DNA of 56,145 nucleotides from a virus (Duplodnaviria; Caudoviricetes): IMG/VR virus record IMGVR_UViG_3300048858_000111, positions 1 to 56,145 of that record; one strand, 5' to 3'. Shown piece by piece: positions 18,246 to 25,547 of this stretch (position 1 is its first letter; each line of letters starts with the position of its first letter). The notes under the pieces were generated by a model. It saw only the letters and a program-made list of their open reading frames with translations, ran no database searches and was not told where the DNA came from. The position numbers and the translations under genes were made by a program.

Positions 18246-18505
18246 TGGACGCTCAACCGACACTCTTCGACTCCGGCACCCTCACCATGCACATGGAGCA
18301 CGGCACCATCGTCAACGGCGACTGGGTGCCCTACGCCCCCGAGACGACGAGCACCAGACACGGGTGGGCGACACCCGACGACGCGGTGAAGCACTGGCGC
18401 ACCCTCCCCTCCTGGAACGCGTACCGCAACGGTCGTCAGACGAAGACCATGCAGCTTGAGGACGGCACCCAGCTGATCCAGCGTGTCTGGTTCGAGACGC
18501 ACTGA
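18245..18505 (+). CDS. Hypothetical protein, N-terminal QPTLF
   Basis: TGATG coupling on both sides. Confidence 0.6.
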   Translation: MDAQPTLFDSGTLTMHMEHGTIVNGDWVPYAPETTSTRHGWATPDDAVKHWRTLPSWNAYRNGRQTKTMQLEDGTQLIQRVWFETH

Positions 18506-18954
18506 TGGCACTCCGACTCGTCCCGGTGAGCTTCGCGGACGCCTGCGCATTCGTCGCCGAGCACCACCGCCACCACCAAGCGCCCGCCGGGCACAAGTTC
18601 AGCGTCGGCGTCAGCGACGAGCACGGCGTGCTGCGCGGCGTCGCGATCGTCGGCCGCCCCGTTTCTCGCGTTCTGGCCGCGGAGGGCGACACGCTGGAGG
18701 TCGTGCGCACGGCGACCGATGGCACCGCGAACGCGAACTCCATGCTCTACGGAGCGGCGAAACGGGCGGCCTTCGCGCTCGGCTACCGCCGCCTGATCAC
18801 CTACACACAGGCGGGCGAGACCGGCGCCTCGCTCCGCGCCGCCGGGTTCCGAGTGCTAGCCGAGCGCCCCGCCCGTTCTGGCTGGAGCGTGCCGAGCCGC
18901 CCCCGCATCAGTCGGGGAACCGACAGCGTCGCTCGCACTCTCTGGGAGGCCTGA
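18505..18954 (+). CDS. XF1762-family (Mom-like GNAT fold) protein
   Basis: HHRHH....GHKFS, GVAIVGRPVSR, EV.R.ATDGT.NANSMLY, ITYTQ..E.GASLRAAG. Confidence 0.8.
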   Translation: MALRLVPVSFADACAFVAEHHRHHQAPAGHKFSVGVSDEHGVLRGVAIVGRPVSRVLAAEGDTLEVVRTATDGTANANSMLYGAAKRAAFALGYRRLITYTQAGETGASLRAAGFRVLAERPARSGWSVPSRPRISRGTDSVARTLWEA

Positions 18955-19181
18955 TGGCCGACCGCGAGCAGCGACCCCCGCAGTTCCTCAGCATCCGCGA
19001 CGCAGGCCGCCGCGTGAAGCGCTCCCGCCGCACCATCCAACGGTGGATGCGCCACGGCATGCCCTACCAGTGGATGGACGGCCGCAAGTTCGTCGAACTC
19101 GCCGACCTGCAGCGCACCCTCCGCGCGAAGCTCGCGTCCGACCCGACGAGGCCGCGCAAGAAATCTTCGATTCAGAGTTGA
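18954..19181 (+). CDS. MerR-like/excisionase-type HTH protein, candidate late regulator
   Basis: LSIRDAGRRVKRSRRTIQRWMRHG; last gene of the early operon. Confidence 0.72.
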   Translation: MADREQRPPQFLSIRDAGRRVKRSRRTIQRWMRHGMPYQWMDGRKFVELADLQRTLRAKLASDPTRPRKKSSIQS

Positions 19182-19208
19182 CACGTGCACGTTGTCACCC
19201 CCTAGGTT
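19178..19208 (+). promoter_or_regulatory. Candidate late promoter with 19-bp spacer and dyad
   Basis: TTGACA (19178-19183), 19 nt, TAGGTT (19203-19208); palindrome ACGTGCACGT flanked by TGAC/GTCA. Confidence 0.6.
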
Positions 19209-19226
19209 GAAGATACGCACAATTCG

Positions 19227-19263
19227 ACCCACCGATCAGAGCCTGTCTCTCGGTGGGTTTCGT
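19227..19263 (+). terminator. Terminator-like hairpin just after the promoter
   Basis: ACCCACCGA...TCGGTGGGT followed by TTCGT. Confidence 0.55.
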
Positions 19264-19344
19264 GCATCACGGACCCGCCATCGTTCTCTTCCGGTGGCGA
19301 TACAGGGCTGACAACCTGGCCGCCTGGGGGCGGCGAACTCGTCA

Positions 19345-19386
19345 CGGCGGCCGCGCACCCGGGGTCGCTCCAGGTCGCGGCCGCCG
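19345..19386 (-). terminator. 11-bp GC stem after the minus-strand peptide operon
   Basis: CGGCGGCCGCG...CGCGGCCGCCG, 4 nt past the HTH stop. Confidence 0.5.
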
Positions 19387-19390
19387 GCAC

Positions 19391-19573
19391 TCACTTCGCG
19401 GCGGCCTTGAGGATCAGGTGAGCCTGCGACCTCGACAAGCCGGCCGCGTCCGCGATGTGCGACACCGGCACGTTCGCATCCTTCGCGGCCACGATCAGCC
19501 GGTCACGTTCCTCGAGCAGCTCGGCCCGCCGGCGCGCGTTCTGCTGCAGCTTCTTCAGCCAGTCATCAGTCAC
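19391..19573 (-). CDS. Small HTH regulator
   Basis: ERDRLIVAAKDANVPVSHIADAAGLSRSQAHLIL; GTG start overlaps upstream peptide gene. Confidence 0.78.
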   Translation of the reverse strand: MTDDWLKKLQQNARRRAELLEERDRLIVAAKDANVPVSHIADAAGLSRSQAHLILKAAAK

Positions 19574-19652
19574 GATTGCGCACCGCCGTGATGAGCGCGA
19601 CCACGGCGACAACGGCGGCGGCGATCGAGATGATGAGGGTTACTACCTCCAT
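19566..19652 (-). CDS. 28-aa single-TM peptide (not in ORF track)
   Basis: MEVVTLIISIAAAVVAVVALITAVRNRD; RBS GAAAGGA. Confidence 0.75.
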   Translation of the reverse strand: MEVVTLIISIAAAVVAVVALITAVRNRD

Positions 19653-19690
19653 GAGGGGTTCCTTTCGTAGAATGACCGGAGAGGCGGGCC

Positions 19691-19715
19691 CCCGAGATGC
19701 TGATTTCATCTCGGG
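19691..19715. other. Stem-loop between the two peptide genes
   Basis: CCCGAGATG-ctgattt-CATCTCGGG. Confidence 0.75.
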
Positions 19716-19726
19716 TGCCCCCTCTC

Positions 19727-19822
19727 TTAGTCTCGCTTCCGCTTTCGCTTGGCGGACCTCAAGAGGACTATCGCGGTGATCAGGTTGACCACTGCTGTCA
19801 TGAGAACGATGACCTGTTCCAT
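19727..19822 (-). CDS. 31-aa single-TM peptide with basic tail, type I toxin-like (not in ORF track)
   Basis: MEQVIVLMTAVVNLITAIVLLRSAKRKRKRD; RBS GAGAGGAGG. Confidence 0.78.
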   Translation of the reverse strand: MEQVIVLMTAVVNLITAIVLLRSAKRKRKRD

Positions 19823-19862
19823 GACTTCCTCCTCTCGTTCCGGGTATCTCCCGAACAAGATA

Positions 19863-19906
19863 AGTGTAGCATCACAAGACACTAGAGTGCAAGATGATAC
19901 GACACT
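19863..19906 (-). promoter_or_regulatory. Peptide-operon promoter with two tandem 21-bp palindromic operators
   Basis: Minus strand TTGCAC-18-TACACT with extended TG; AGTGT-N11-ACACT (19863-19883) and AGTGC-N11-ACACT (19886-19906). Confidence 0.72.
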
Positions 19907-20018
19907 CTGATCTGGCCGTGCACCTCACCCAGCCCGCCTGACCCGCGGCACGGTGACCGGAACGGCACCCACGTCGGGTACCTAGCATCTCAAGCGAGCC
20001 CACTGCCATGATGAACGC

Positions 20019-20678
20019 ATGCTCTCCGGAACCTGTGCCTTCTGCGGTAACCAGACCCACTTCACGGCACGGAGCGCACGCTCGTACACGACCGTTTCGC
20101 ACGGCAGGCAAGCAATGCGAATTGAGATAGCCGCGACGTGTGATGCCTGCCACCGATACAACACAGCGCTCGGCGAAAGCTCGGTGAACCGGAGCAGCGG
20201 AGTGACTGCCGGTTCTATTCTCGACGGCGCGACTGCCGTCCGAGAGGGAGAAGTTATGACTGTCGAGTCTTGGTCGCCGCCTCCCATGCGACCCGTAAAT
20301 ACTGCCTTCATTCCCGAAGGTGTGGCCGGGTTTTTCAAGGAGGCTCACGACGCCTTCAGCATCGGTGCCTACCGCGCAGTGCTCTTGCTCGTCAGAAGTG
20401 CGATCGAGGCGACAGCGAAGGACCGGGACATCACCTCCGGCAGCTTGGTGGCGAAGATCAATCAACTTCACGCCGACGAACACATTCGCAAGGGCACGAA
20501 GGACATGGCGCATGCGTTGCGCATCCTCGGCAACGACATGGCTCACGGTGACATCGACGACGTGCCTACCCAGGAGGACGCCGACGACGCGCTGACCATT
20601 GCCAAGTTCGTTCTTGATGACGTCTATGTGGCGGACGCGCTCCGCGCCGACATGATGGCTCGCCGCGCAGTCGACTAG
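20019..20678 (+). CDS. DUF4145 (HEPN-like) protein with N-terminal zinc ribbon
   Basis: CAFC...CDAC; FKEA..AF...AYRA..L.VRSAIE, L..KI..L, RILGNDMAH; lower GC. Confidence 0.82.
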   Translation: MLSGTCAFCGNQTHFTARSARSYTTVSHGRQAMRIEIAATCDACHRYNTALGESSVNRSSGVTAGSILDGATAVREGEVMTVESWSPPPMRPVNTAFIPEGVAGFFKEAHDAFSIGAYRAVLLLVRSAIEATAKDRDITSGSLVAKINQLHADEHIRKGTKDMAHALRILGNDMAHGDIDDVPTQEDADDALTIAKFVLDDVYVADALRADMMARRAVD

Positions 20679-20703
20679 GCGACCAGCTGGAAGAAGGGGT
20701 GCG

Positions 20704-20850
20704 ATGAGACCCCCTCCCGTGATTCTCGTGGGCCTCACCCTCATCAAGCTCGTCGTGCTCGTCGCCCTCTACTCGCTGCGACTCTCACCCTCCGACCCAG
20801 GACCGCTCGAGGCCGAGCATGACGAAGGGCCGGCCAGCACCGAACGCTGA
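20704..20850 (+). CDS. Possible small membrane protein (48 aa)
   Basis: GAAGGGG RBS; VILVGLTLIKLVVLVALY. Confidence 0.4.
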   Translation: MRPPPVILVGLTLIKLVVLVALYSLRLSPSDPGPLEAEHDEGPASTER

Positions 20851-20864
20851 CCGGCCCCTGTGCA

Positions 20865-21095
20865 TCAGCCCGCGGGCGGATACGGGTCTGGCTTGTTGAT
20901 CGTGTCCTTCTGCCGGATCTCCCCATCCTTGCCGTGGATGTTGAGCTCCCCACCGTCAGACGAGTTGTTCAGGTACTGACGGGCCGCTGCTGCTGCTTCG
21001 GCCTGCGTGTCGTGGTGCGATGACGCGCGCTGGCCGCCTTCCTTCTGAACGTCCCAGCCATCCCCTTCAGGCGTCACGTGGTAGTTCGGTGCCAT
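20865..21095 (-). CDS. DUF2188-family protein
   Basis: YHVTP..DGWDV.KEG..RAS..HDTQAEA...AR...EL.IHGKDG.I. Confidence 0.85.
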   Translation of the reverse strand: MAPNYHVTPEGDGWDVQKEGGQRASSHHDTQAEAAAAARQYLNNSSDGGELNIHGKDGEIRQKDTINKPDPYPPAG

Positions 21096-21185
21096 GTTCT
21101 TCACCCCCTCTCGACATCGAGTAACGGTCACAGAGTAGCCCCGACACGCGACACGGCAGCAGACGAATTGACCAGGAGGCGGACC

Positions 21186-21440
21186 TTGGCAACGATCAAA
21201 CCTGACGCCGTCGCGGACCCTCGCCCCGGCTCCCGCGGCTACCTCAAGTGGTACTGGACCAAAGGGCCGGGCCTCGCGAAGTGGGCATCCTCACCGCACC
21301 CGTACACGGCGCTGAAGCGCCACCTCCGCGGCAAGGTGCCGGCCGGGTACCTCGACCAGACCGTCGCCCAGTGGTTCCACGACGTCTTCGGGATCTGGCC
21401 GGGGGAGCGGAAAGGCAAGAACCCGGTCGGGCCCGGCTGA
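21186..21440 (+). CDS. Hypothetical phage protein
   Basis: AGGAGG RBS, TTG start; L..YWTKG.GLAKW...WPG. Confidence 0.7.
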   Translation: MATIKPDAVADPRPGSRGYLKWYWTKGPGLAKWASSPHPYTALKRHLRGKVPAGYLDQTVAQWFHDVFGIWPGERKGKNPVGPG

Positions 21441-21700
21441 TGCACCCCGAGCAGCTCGGCACCATCCCCGCCCGCATCATCGAGTGGTGCCGCGTCCGAA
21501 TCCTTCGCCGCCCAGGCCGCTGGCTCAGCACCGTGCAGGACGACGGCGCCCACGTGGTGCCCCTCTACGACATCGTCCGCCACACCGCCAACGACGAGTG
21601 CGTCTGCGGCCCGACAGTCGAGGCCGTGCCCCGCTCCGACGGCTCCGTGGGCTGGATGCTCACCCATCACAGCCTCGACGGAAGAGAGCAGCACGAGTGA
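21440..21700 (+). CDS. Hypothetical phage protein
   Basis: HVVP..D...H.....CVCGP...HHSLDGRE; coupled. Confidence 0.65.
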   Translation: MHPEQLGTIPARIIEWCRVRILRRPGRWLSTVQDDGAHVVPLYDIVRHTANDECVCGPTVEAVPRSDGSVGWMLTHHSLDGREQHE

Positions 21701-21975
21701 GCGTTCAGACCAAGCAAGCCCTGGAAGCGGCGATCACAGCTCACTACCTCAGCGAAGCCCAGGACGACAACGAGTACCGGCAGAACGCCGTCGTCGTGGA
21801 CTGGATCGTCGGCTTCACCGTCTCGAACGTCGTCGACGTCGATGGCGTGGGCACAGTCGGCTACGCGAACGGTTTCGACTCCGCAGACGTCAACCCCAAC
21901 GGGCAGGCGTACCTCGCCCAGTGGGTGTCACTCGAGATCGCTTCCCTTCTCGAAACCGACCGCGACGACGACTGA
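21697..21975 (+). CDS. Hypothetical protein
   Basis: Coupled ORF. Confidence 0.6.
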   Translation: MSVQTKQALEAAITAHYLSEAQDDNEYRQNAVVVDWIVGFTVSNVVDVDGVGTVGYANGFDSADVNPNGQAYLAQWVSLEIASLLETDRDDD

Positions 21976-22331
21976 TGCCCGGGTGGAAGGGCAGCAACCG
22001 CCGGCAGACCCTCCCACGCGACTGGCCGGCCCGCGTCGCCCACGTCCTCAACCGTGACCGCCGCCGCTGCCGCCACATCCGCGAAGACACCAACCGCCCG
22101 TGCGGTCTGCCTGCCAACCAGGTCGACCACGTCATCCCCCACGACGAGGGCGGCACCGACGCCTACTCGAACCTCCAGGCCCTCTGTGAGTGGCACCACA
22201 ACCGGAAGTCCGGCGCCGAGGGTGGCCGCGCATCCGGTCGCGCACGAGCCGCGAAGAAGGCCGCGGAGAAGTCGGTGCACCCTGGGCTGCTACCCAAGCA
22301 ATCGTCGCCCGGTGACCCGGCGCCGTTCTAG
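21975..22331 (+). CDS. HNH endonuclease (packaging-associated)
   Basis: RDRRRC...CG..ANQVDHVIP...NLQALCEWHH; upstream of terminase. Confidence 0.88.
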   Translation: MPGWKGSNRRQTLPRDWPARVAHVLNRDRRRCRHIREDTNRPCGLPANQVDHVIPHDEGGTDAYSNLQALCEWHHNRKSGAEGGRASGRARAAKKAAEKSVHPGLLPKQSSPGDPAPF

Positions 22332-22361
22332 AACGCGGGTGCTTTGCCCTCGCGTGTTTGA

Positions 22362-23093
22362 TTAGCCACTCCGGCCGTCGGCCGCCGCTGCCTTGCGTTC
22401 GGCCTCCGCACGCTTGCCTTCGGGCAGACGCATGTAAAGCTCGTCCGCCTTGCGCGGCTGGGTAATCAGTTGCTCCACCAGCGAGTTGATTGCAGCGAAA
22501 AGAGGCTCAGCCACTTCGTCAGACTCTCCGTCTAAGTAGACGACCACGAGACCCTCGTCTACTCCGCCGTGCAGGACGTCATTGCCGACGACGCGGATAG
22601 CAGTGAGGAACTTCCACAACGACTCCTGCACCTGACCGTGCAAGTTCGCGATGAGACCGTCAAGCCGAGTGTCTTGATCCTGGGTGTGCTCGCGGAGGAG
22701 GAGCTCGAGCGTCGCGCGCGCCAGGGCAGCGGACGCTCGACGTGAGTGGGGAAAGACTTGCCGAGCTTCTTCATACAGGGTCGCTGCGTCGGTGGGCATG
22801 TCGGCGTGGGCTGGGGGAATCGGTGACGATCGCGGGTAAACGACCTCATCATCCCGCCACACAGTAGAGGCCAAGCACGCCGCACAGGTAGAGCTCGACC
22901 ACACCCCGATCATCACGTCGCGGTCCTCAGCACGGAGCCCATCGCTGTCGATGTAGAAGCGGTCAGCGGCGTCCGAATACATCACCTGGGAGAAGTACTC
23001 TGTCCTCGCACTGACTTCGAGATTCACCCACTCGTGGTACGAGAATGTCCCGCACCGCAGGCAGGAGAATCGGGACTCACGCACAACTGACAT
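22362..23093 (-). CDS. Second DUF4145 (HEPN-like) protein with zinc ribbon
   Basis: CLRC...CAAC; LYEEAR.V...S.RASAALAR..LE, RVVGNDVLH; -10 TACGAT 6 nt before ATG. Confidence 0.8.
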   Translation of the reverse strand: MSVVRESRFSCLRCGTFSYHEWVNLEVSARTEYFSQVMYSDAADRFYIDSDGLRAEDRDVMIGVWSSSTCAACLASTVWRDDEVVYPRSSPIPPAHADMPTDAATLYEEARQVFPHSRRASAALARATLELLLREHTQDQDTRLDGLIANLHGQVQESLWKFLTAIRVVGNDVLHGGVDEGLVVVYLDGESDEVAEPLFAAINSLVEQLITQPRKADELYMRLPEGKRAEAERKAAAADGRSG

Positions 23094-23169
23094 GAGCGCA
23101 TCGTACCGGCATGGTGCCTGGCCGCAGAGGCGGAGCGGTCGATCGACACGCCATAGCCCAGGCACCTGC

Positions 23170-23300
23170 CTCCTCACTGAAAGGGGAGGCACCCACCCCT
23201 CCCCCCGGTCACCCTCCAGACCGCTTCGCGTTCTGCTGCTCGCTGTGCGCGCGACTCTGGGGGGATCGCTTCAGCCACGCTCGGTCGCCGTCATGGTGGC
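23170..23300. other. Candidate cos/packaging region of prophage 1
   Basis: Non-coding stretch with G/C runs between HNH and TerS; positional inference only. Confidence 0.35.
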
Positions 23301-23366
23301 TGGCATCCGTCACGGAGGTTGCTTCATGTTCACTCGCTCGTTCCGCGTGATTCCGGGGATCTTCTG

Positions 23367-23849
23367 ATGGCCGGCCGAGGCTTCGCACCGTCGGGCAGCA
23401 GGGTTCGTGAGCGCGACAACAAGTCGCAGATCGCACTCGTTGCGGACGGGAAAACCCGCGGTCCTGCGCTGCCTTCGGGTGCGCTGCGCGACAAGGCGGG
23501 GAACAAGCTGCCGTGGCACCCGATGACGCGTCGGTGGTGGAACAGCTGGCGGCGGTCGCCGCAGGCCATCCGGATGATGACCGGGCCCGACTGGGACTTC
23601 CTCCTCGACACGGCGCTGATGCACCACCAGATGTGGGAGTACGGGCGGTGGGAGCTCGCGGCCGAGGTCCGACTGCGGGTGCAGAAGTTTGGCGCCACCC
23701 CGGAGGACCGTGCCCGTCTGGGTCTCGAGGTTGGCACGCGTCGACCGAGCGATGCGCCGGCGTCGGATGCGCCCGGGTCGACGGGTGCGACGGTCTCGTC
23801 GATGGAGGCTGAGCGCGAGAAGCGCCTCCTCGCCGACGAGGACGACTGA
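23367..23849 (+). CDS. terS: Terminase small subunit
   Basis: MAGRG.AP, WHP.T..WW..W..SP.A, DW.FL.DTA, E.RLR..KFGAT.EDR.RL. Confidence 0.85.
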   Translation: MAGRGFAPSGSRVRERDNKSQIALVADGKTRGPALPSGALRDKAGNKLPWHPMTRRWWNSWRRSPQAIRMMTGPDWDFLLDTALMHHQMWEYGRWELAAEVRLRVQKFGATPEDRARLGLEVGTRRPSDAPASDAPGSTGATVSSMEAEREKRLLADEDD

Positions 23850-25537
23850 TGCCGCGCCGGGTCATCAAGGCGCCCGGCCACACTCGTAAGAACGCCCTCC
23901 GGATCGCGGTGTGGTGGATCGAGCAGTTCACCGTGCACGGCCCGGGCGACATCATGGGCCGTCCGACGGTTCTCCCCGACGAGTACGCGAAGTTCGTCAT
24001 CGACTGCTACGCGCTCGACGCGTTCGGGCGCCGCCTCTACGACTCCGCGTTCCTGTCTCGGCCGAAGGGGTGCGACAAGTCGGGCATCGCCGCGAAGATC
24101 GCGCTGCTCGAGGCGTTCGGGCCTGCCCGGTTCGCTGGGTACGCGAAGGGCGGGGAGACCTACGAGTTCCTCGGGAAGGTGTACGTCTACGCACCTGGTG
24201 AACCGATGGGCCAGGCAGTCACGTCGCCGGTGGTTCGCATCATGGCCACCGAGGAGACGCAGGCGGGGAACGTCTACAAGACGATCTACTACAACCTGAA
24301 CGACGCCGCCGCGCCGCTGTTCCAGCTTCAGGCGTTCGGTGTGCAGGTGGGCCTGAACCGCATCGTGATCCCGTGGGGCGGCGAGATCGTCCGCTCGACG
24401 GCCGGCGCGGCATCGAAGGATGGCGGTAACGAGACCTTCGCCGTGTTCGACGAGACGCACTTGTACACGACGCCGGTGCTGCACGAGATGTACACCACGG
24501 TGACGAACAACCTCGAGAAGCGCAAGATGACCGCGGAGCCGTGGTTCATCGAGACGACGACCATGTACGCGCCCGGTGAGGAGTCGGTGGCCGAGTCCAC
24601 CTACGAGCTCGCGGAAGCGATCGACGAGGGCCGCGCACGCCGTGCACGTCTTCTGTTCGATCACCGGTGGGGCGACGTTGTCGACTTCACGAACGAGGCG
24701 CTCCTGAAGCGTGCGTTCGAGGAGGCGTACGGGGACGCGATCGAGTGGAACCCGGTGGAGCACCTGCTGACCCTCGCCTACGACATCCGCCGGAAGGTGC
24801 AGACGACCCGGCGCTACTTCCTGAACGCGGTCGTGGGATCGGTGAACGCGTGGGTCGAGCCTGAGCAGTGGGCGGCCCGTTCGATCGTGCTTCTCCGGAA
24901 GACGGCCGACGGTTCGTTCGAGTGGAGCCCGCCGGGCCCTGGCGACGTGATCACCCTCGGCTTCGACGGGTCGCGGTCGAACGATGCCACCGCACTCATC
25001 GGGTGCCGCGTCCGAGACCGCTACCTCTTCCCAATCAAGATCGCGGAGACCCCTGACGGTCCCGAGGCGGAGGGCTACCAGGTCGACCGAGTCGCGTTCG
25101 ACGCGGCCGTGTCCCAGGCGTTCAACGCGTACCGGGTCGTCGGGTTCTACGCCGACCCCCCGCTGTGGCAGGACTACGTCGACGCGTGGGCGAAGGAGTA
25201 CGAGGACCAGCTTCTGGTGGAGGCCTCCACGAAGTCCGCGATCGAGTGGTGGACGAAGGCTGACACGAAGATGGCGCCCGCGCTTGAGCGGCTGCACACC
25301 GCGATCCTCACTGGCACGGTGACGCACTCCGCGGACCCCGTGATGACCCGCCACTTCCTGAACGCCCGCGAGTGGTCGCGGCGATCGGGCACGGTCATCG
25401 GCAAAGAGAAGAAGAACTCGCCGAAGAAGATCGACGCCGCGGTCGCCGCGACGCTCGCCTTCGAGGCCGCCGCGGACTGGCTCGATCATGGCCGCCCCGT
25501 CATTCAGCAATCGATGGTGCCCGAGAGGGTCCGATGA
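23849..25537 (+). CDS. terL: Terminase large subunit
   Basis: SRPKGCDKS, FAVFDETH, LGFDGSRSNDAT, KIDAAVA. Confidence 0.93.
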   Translation: MPRRVIKAPGHTRKNALRIAVWWIEQFTVHGPGDIMGRPTVLPDEYAKFVIDCYALDAFGRRLYDSAFLSRPKGCDKSGIAAKIALLEAFGPARFAGYAKGGETYEFLGKVYVYAPGEPMGQAVTSPVVRIMATEETQAGNVYKTIYYNLNDAAAPLFQLQAFGVQVGLNRIVIPWGGEIVRSTAGAASKDGGNETFAVFDETHLYTTPVLHEMYTTVTNNLEKRKMTAEPWFIETTTMYAPGEESVAESTYELAEAIDEGRARRARLLFDHRWGDVVDFTNEALLKRAFEEAYGDAIEWNPVEHLLTLAYDIRRKVQTTRRYFLNAVVGSVNAWVEPEQWAARSIVLLRKTADGSFEWSPPGPGDVITLGFDGSRSNDATALIGCRVRDRYLFPIKIAETPDGPEAEGYQVDRVAFDAAVSQAFNAYRVVGFYADPPLWQDYVDAWAKEYEDQLLVEASTKSAIEWWTKADTKMAPALERLHTAILTGTVTHSADPVMTRHFLNAREWSRRSGTVIGKEKKNSPKKIDAAVAATLAFEAAADWLDHGRPVIQQSMVPERVR

Positions 25538-25547
25538 GGAGGCTGCG

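Noticed and set aside
19260-19390. Structured ncRNA or riboswitch downstream of the late promoter
   Set aside because: Hairpins are present but I recognise no family; a terminator explanation suffices without an Infernal/Rfam search
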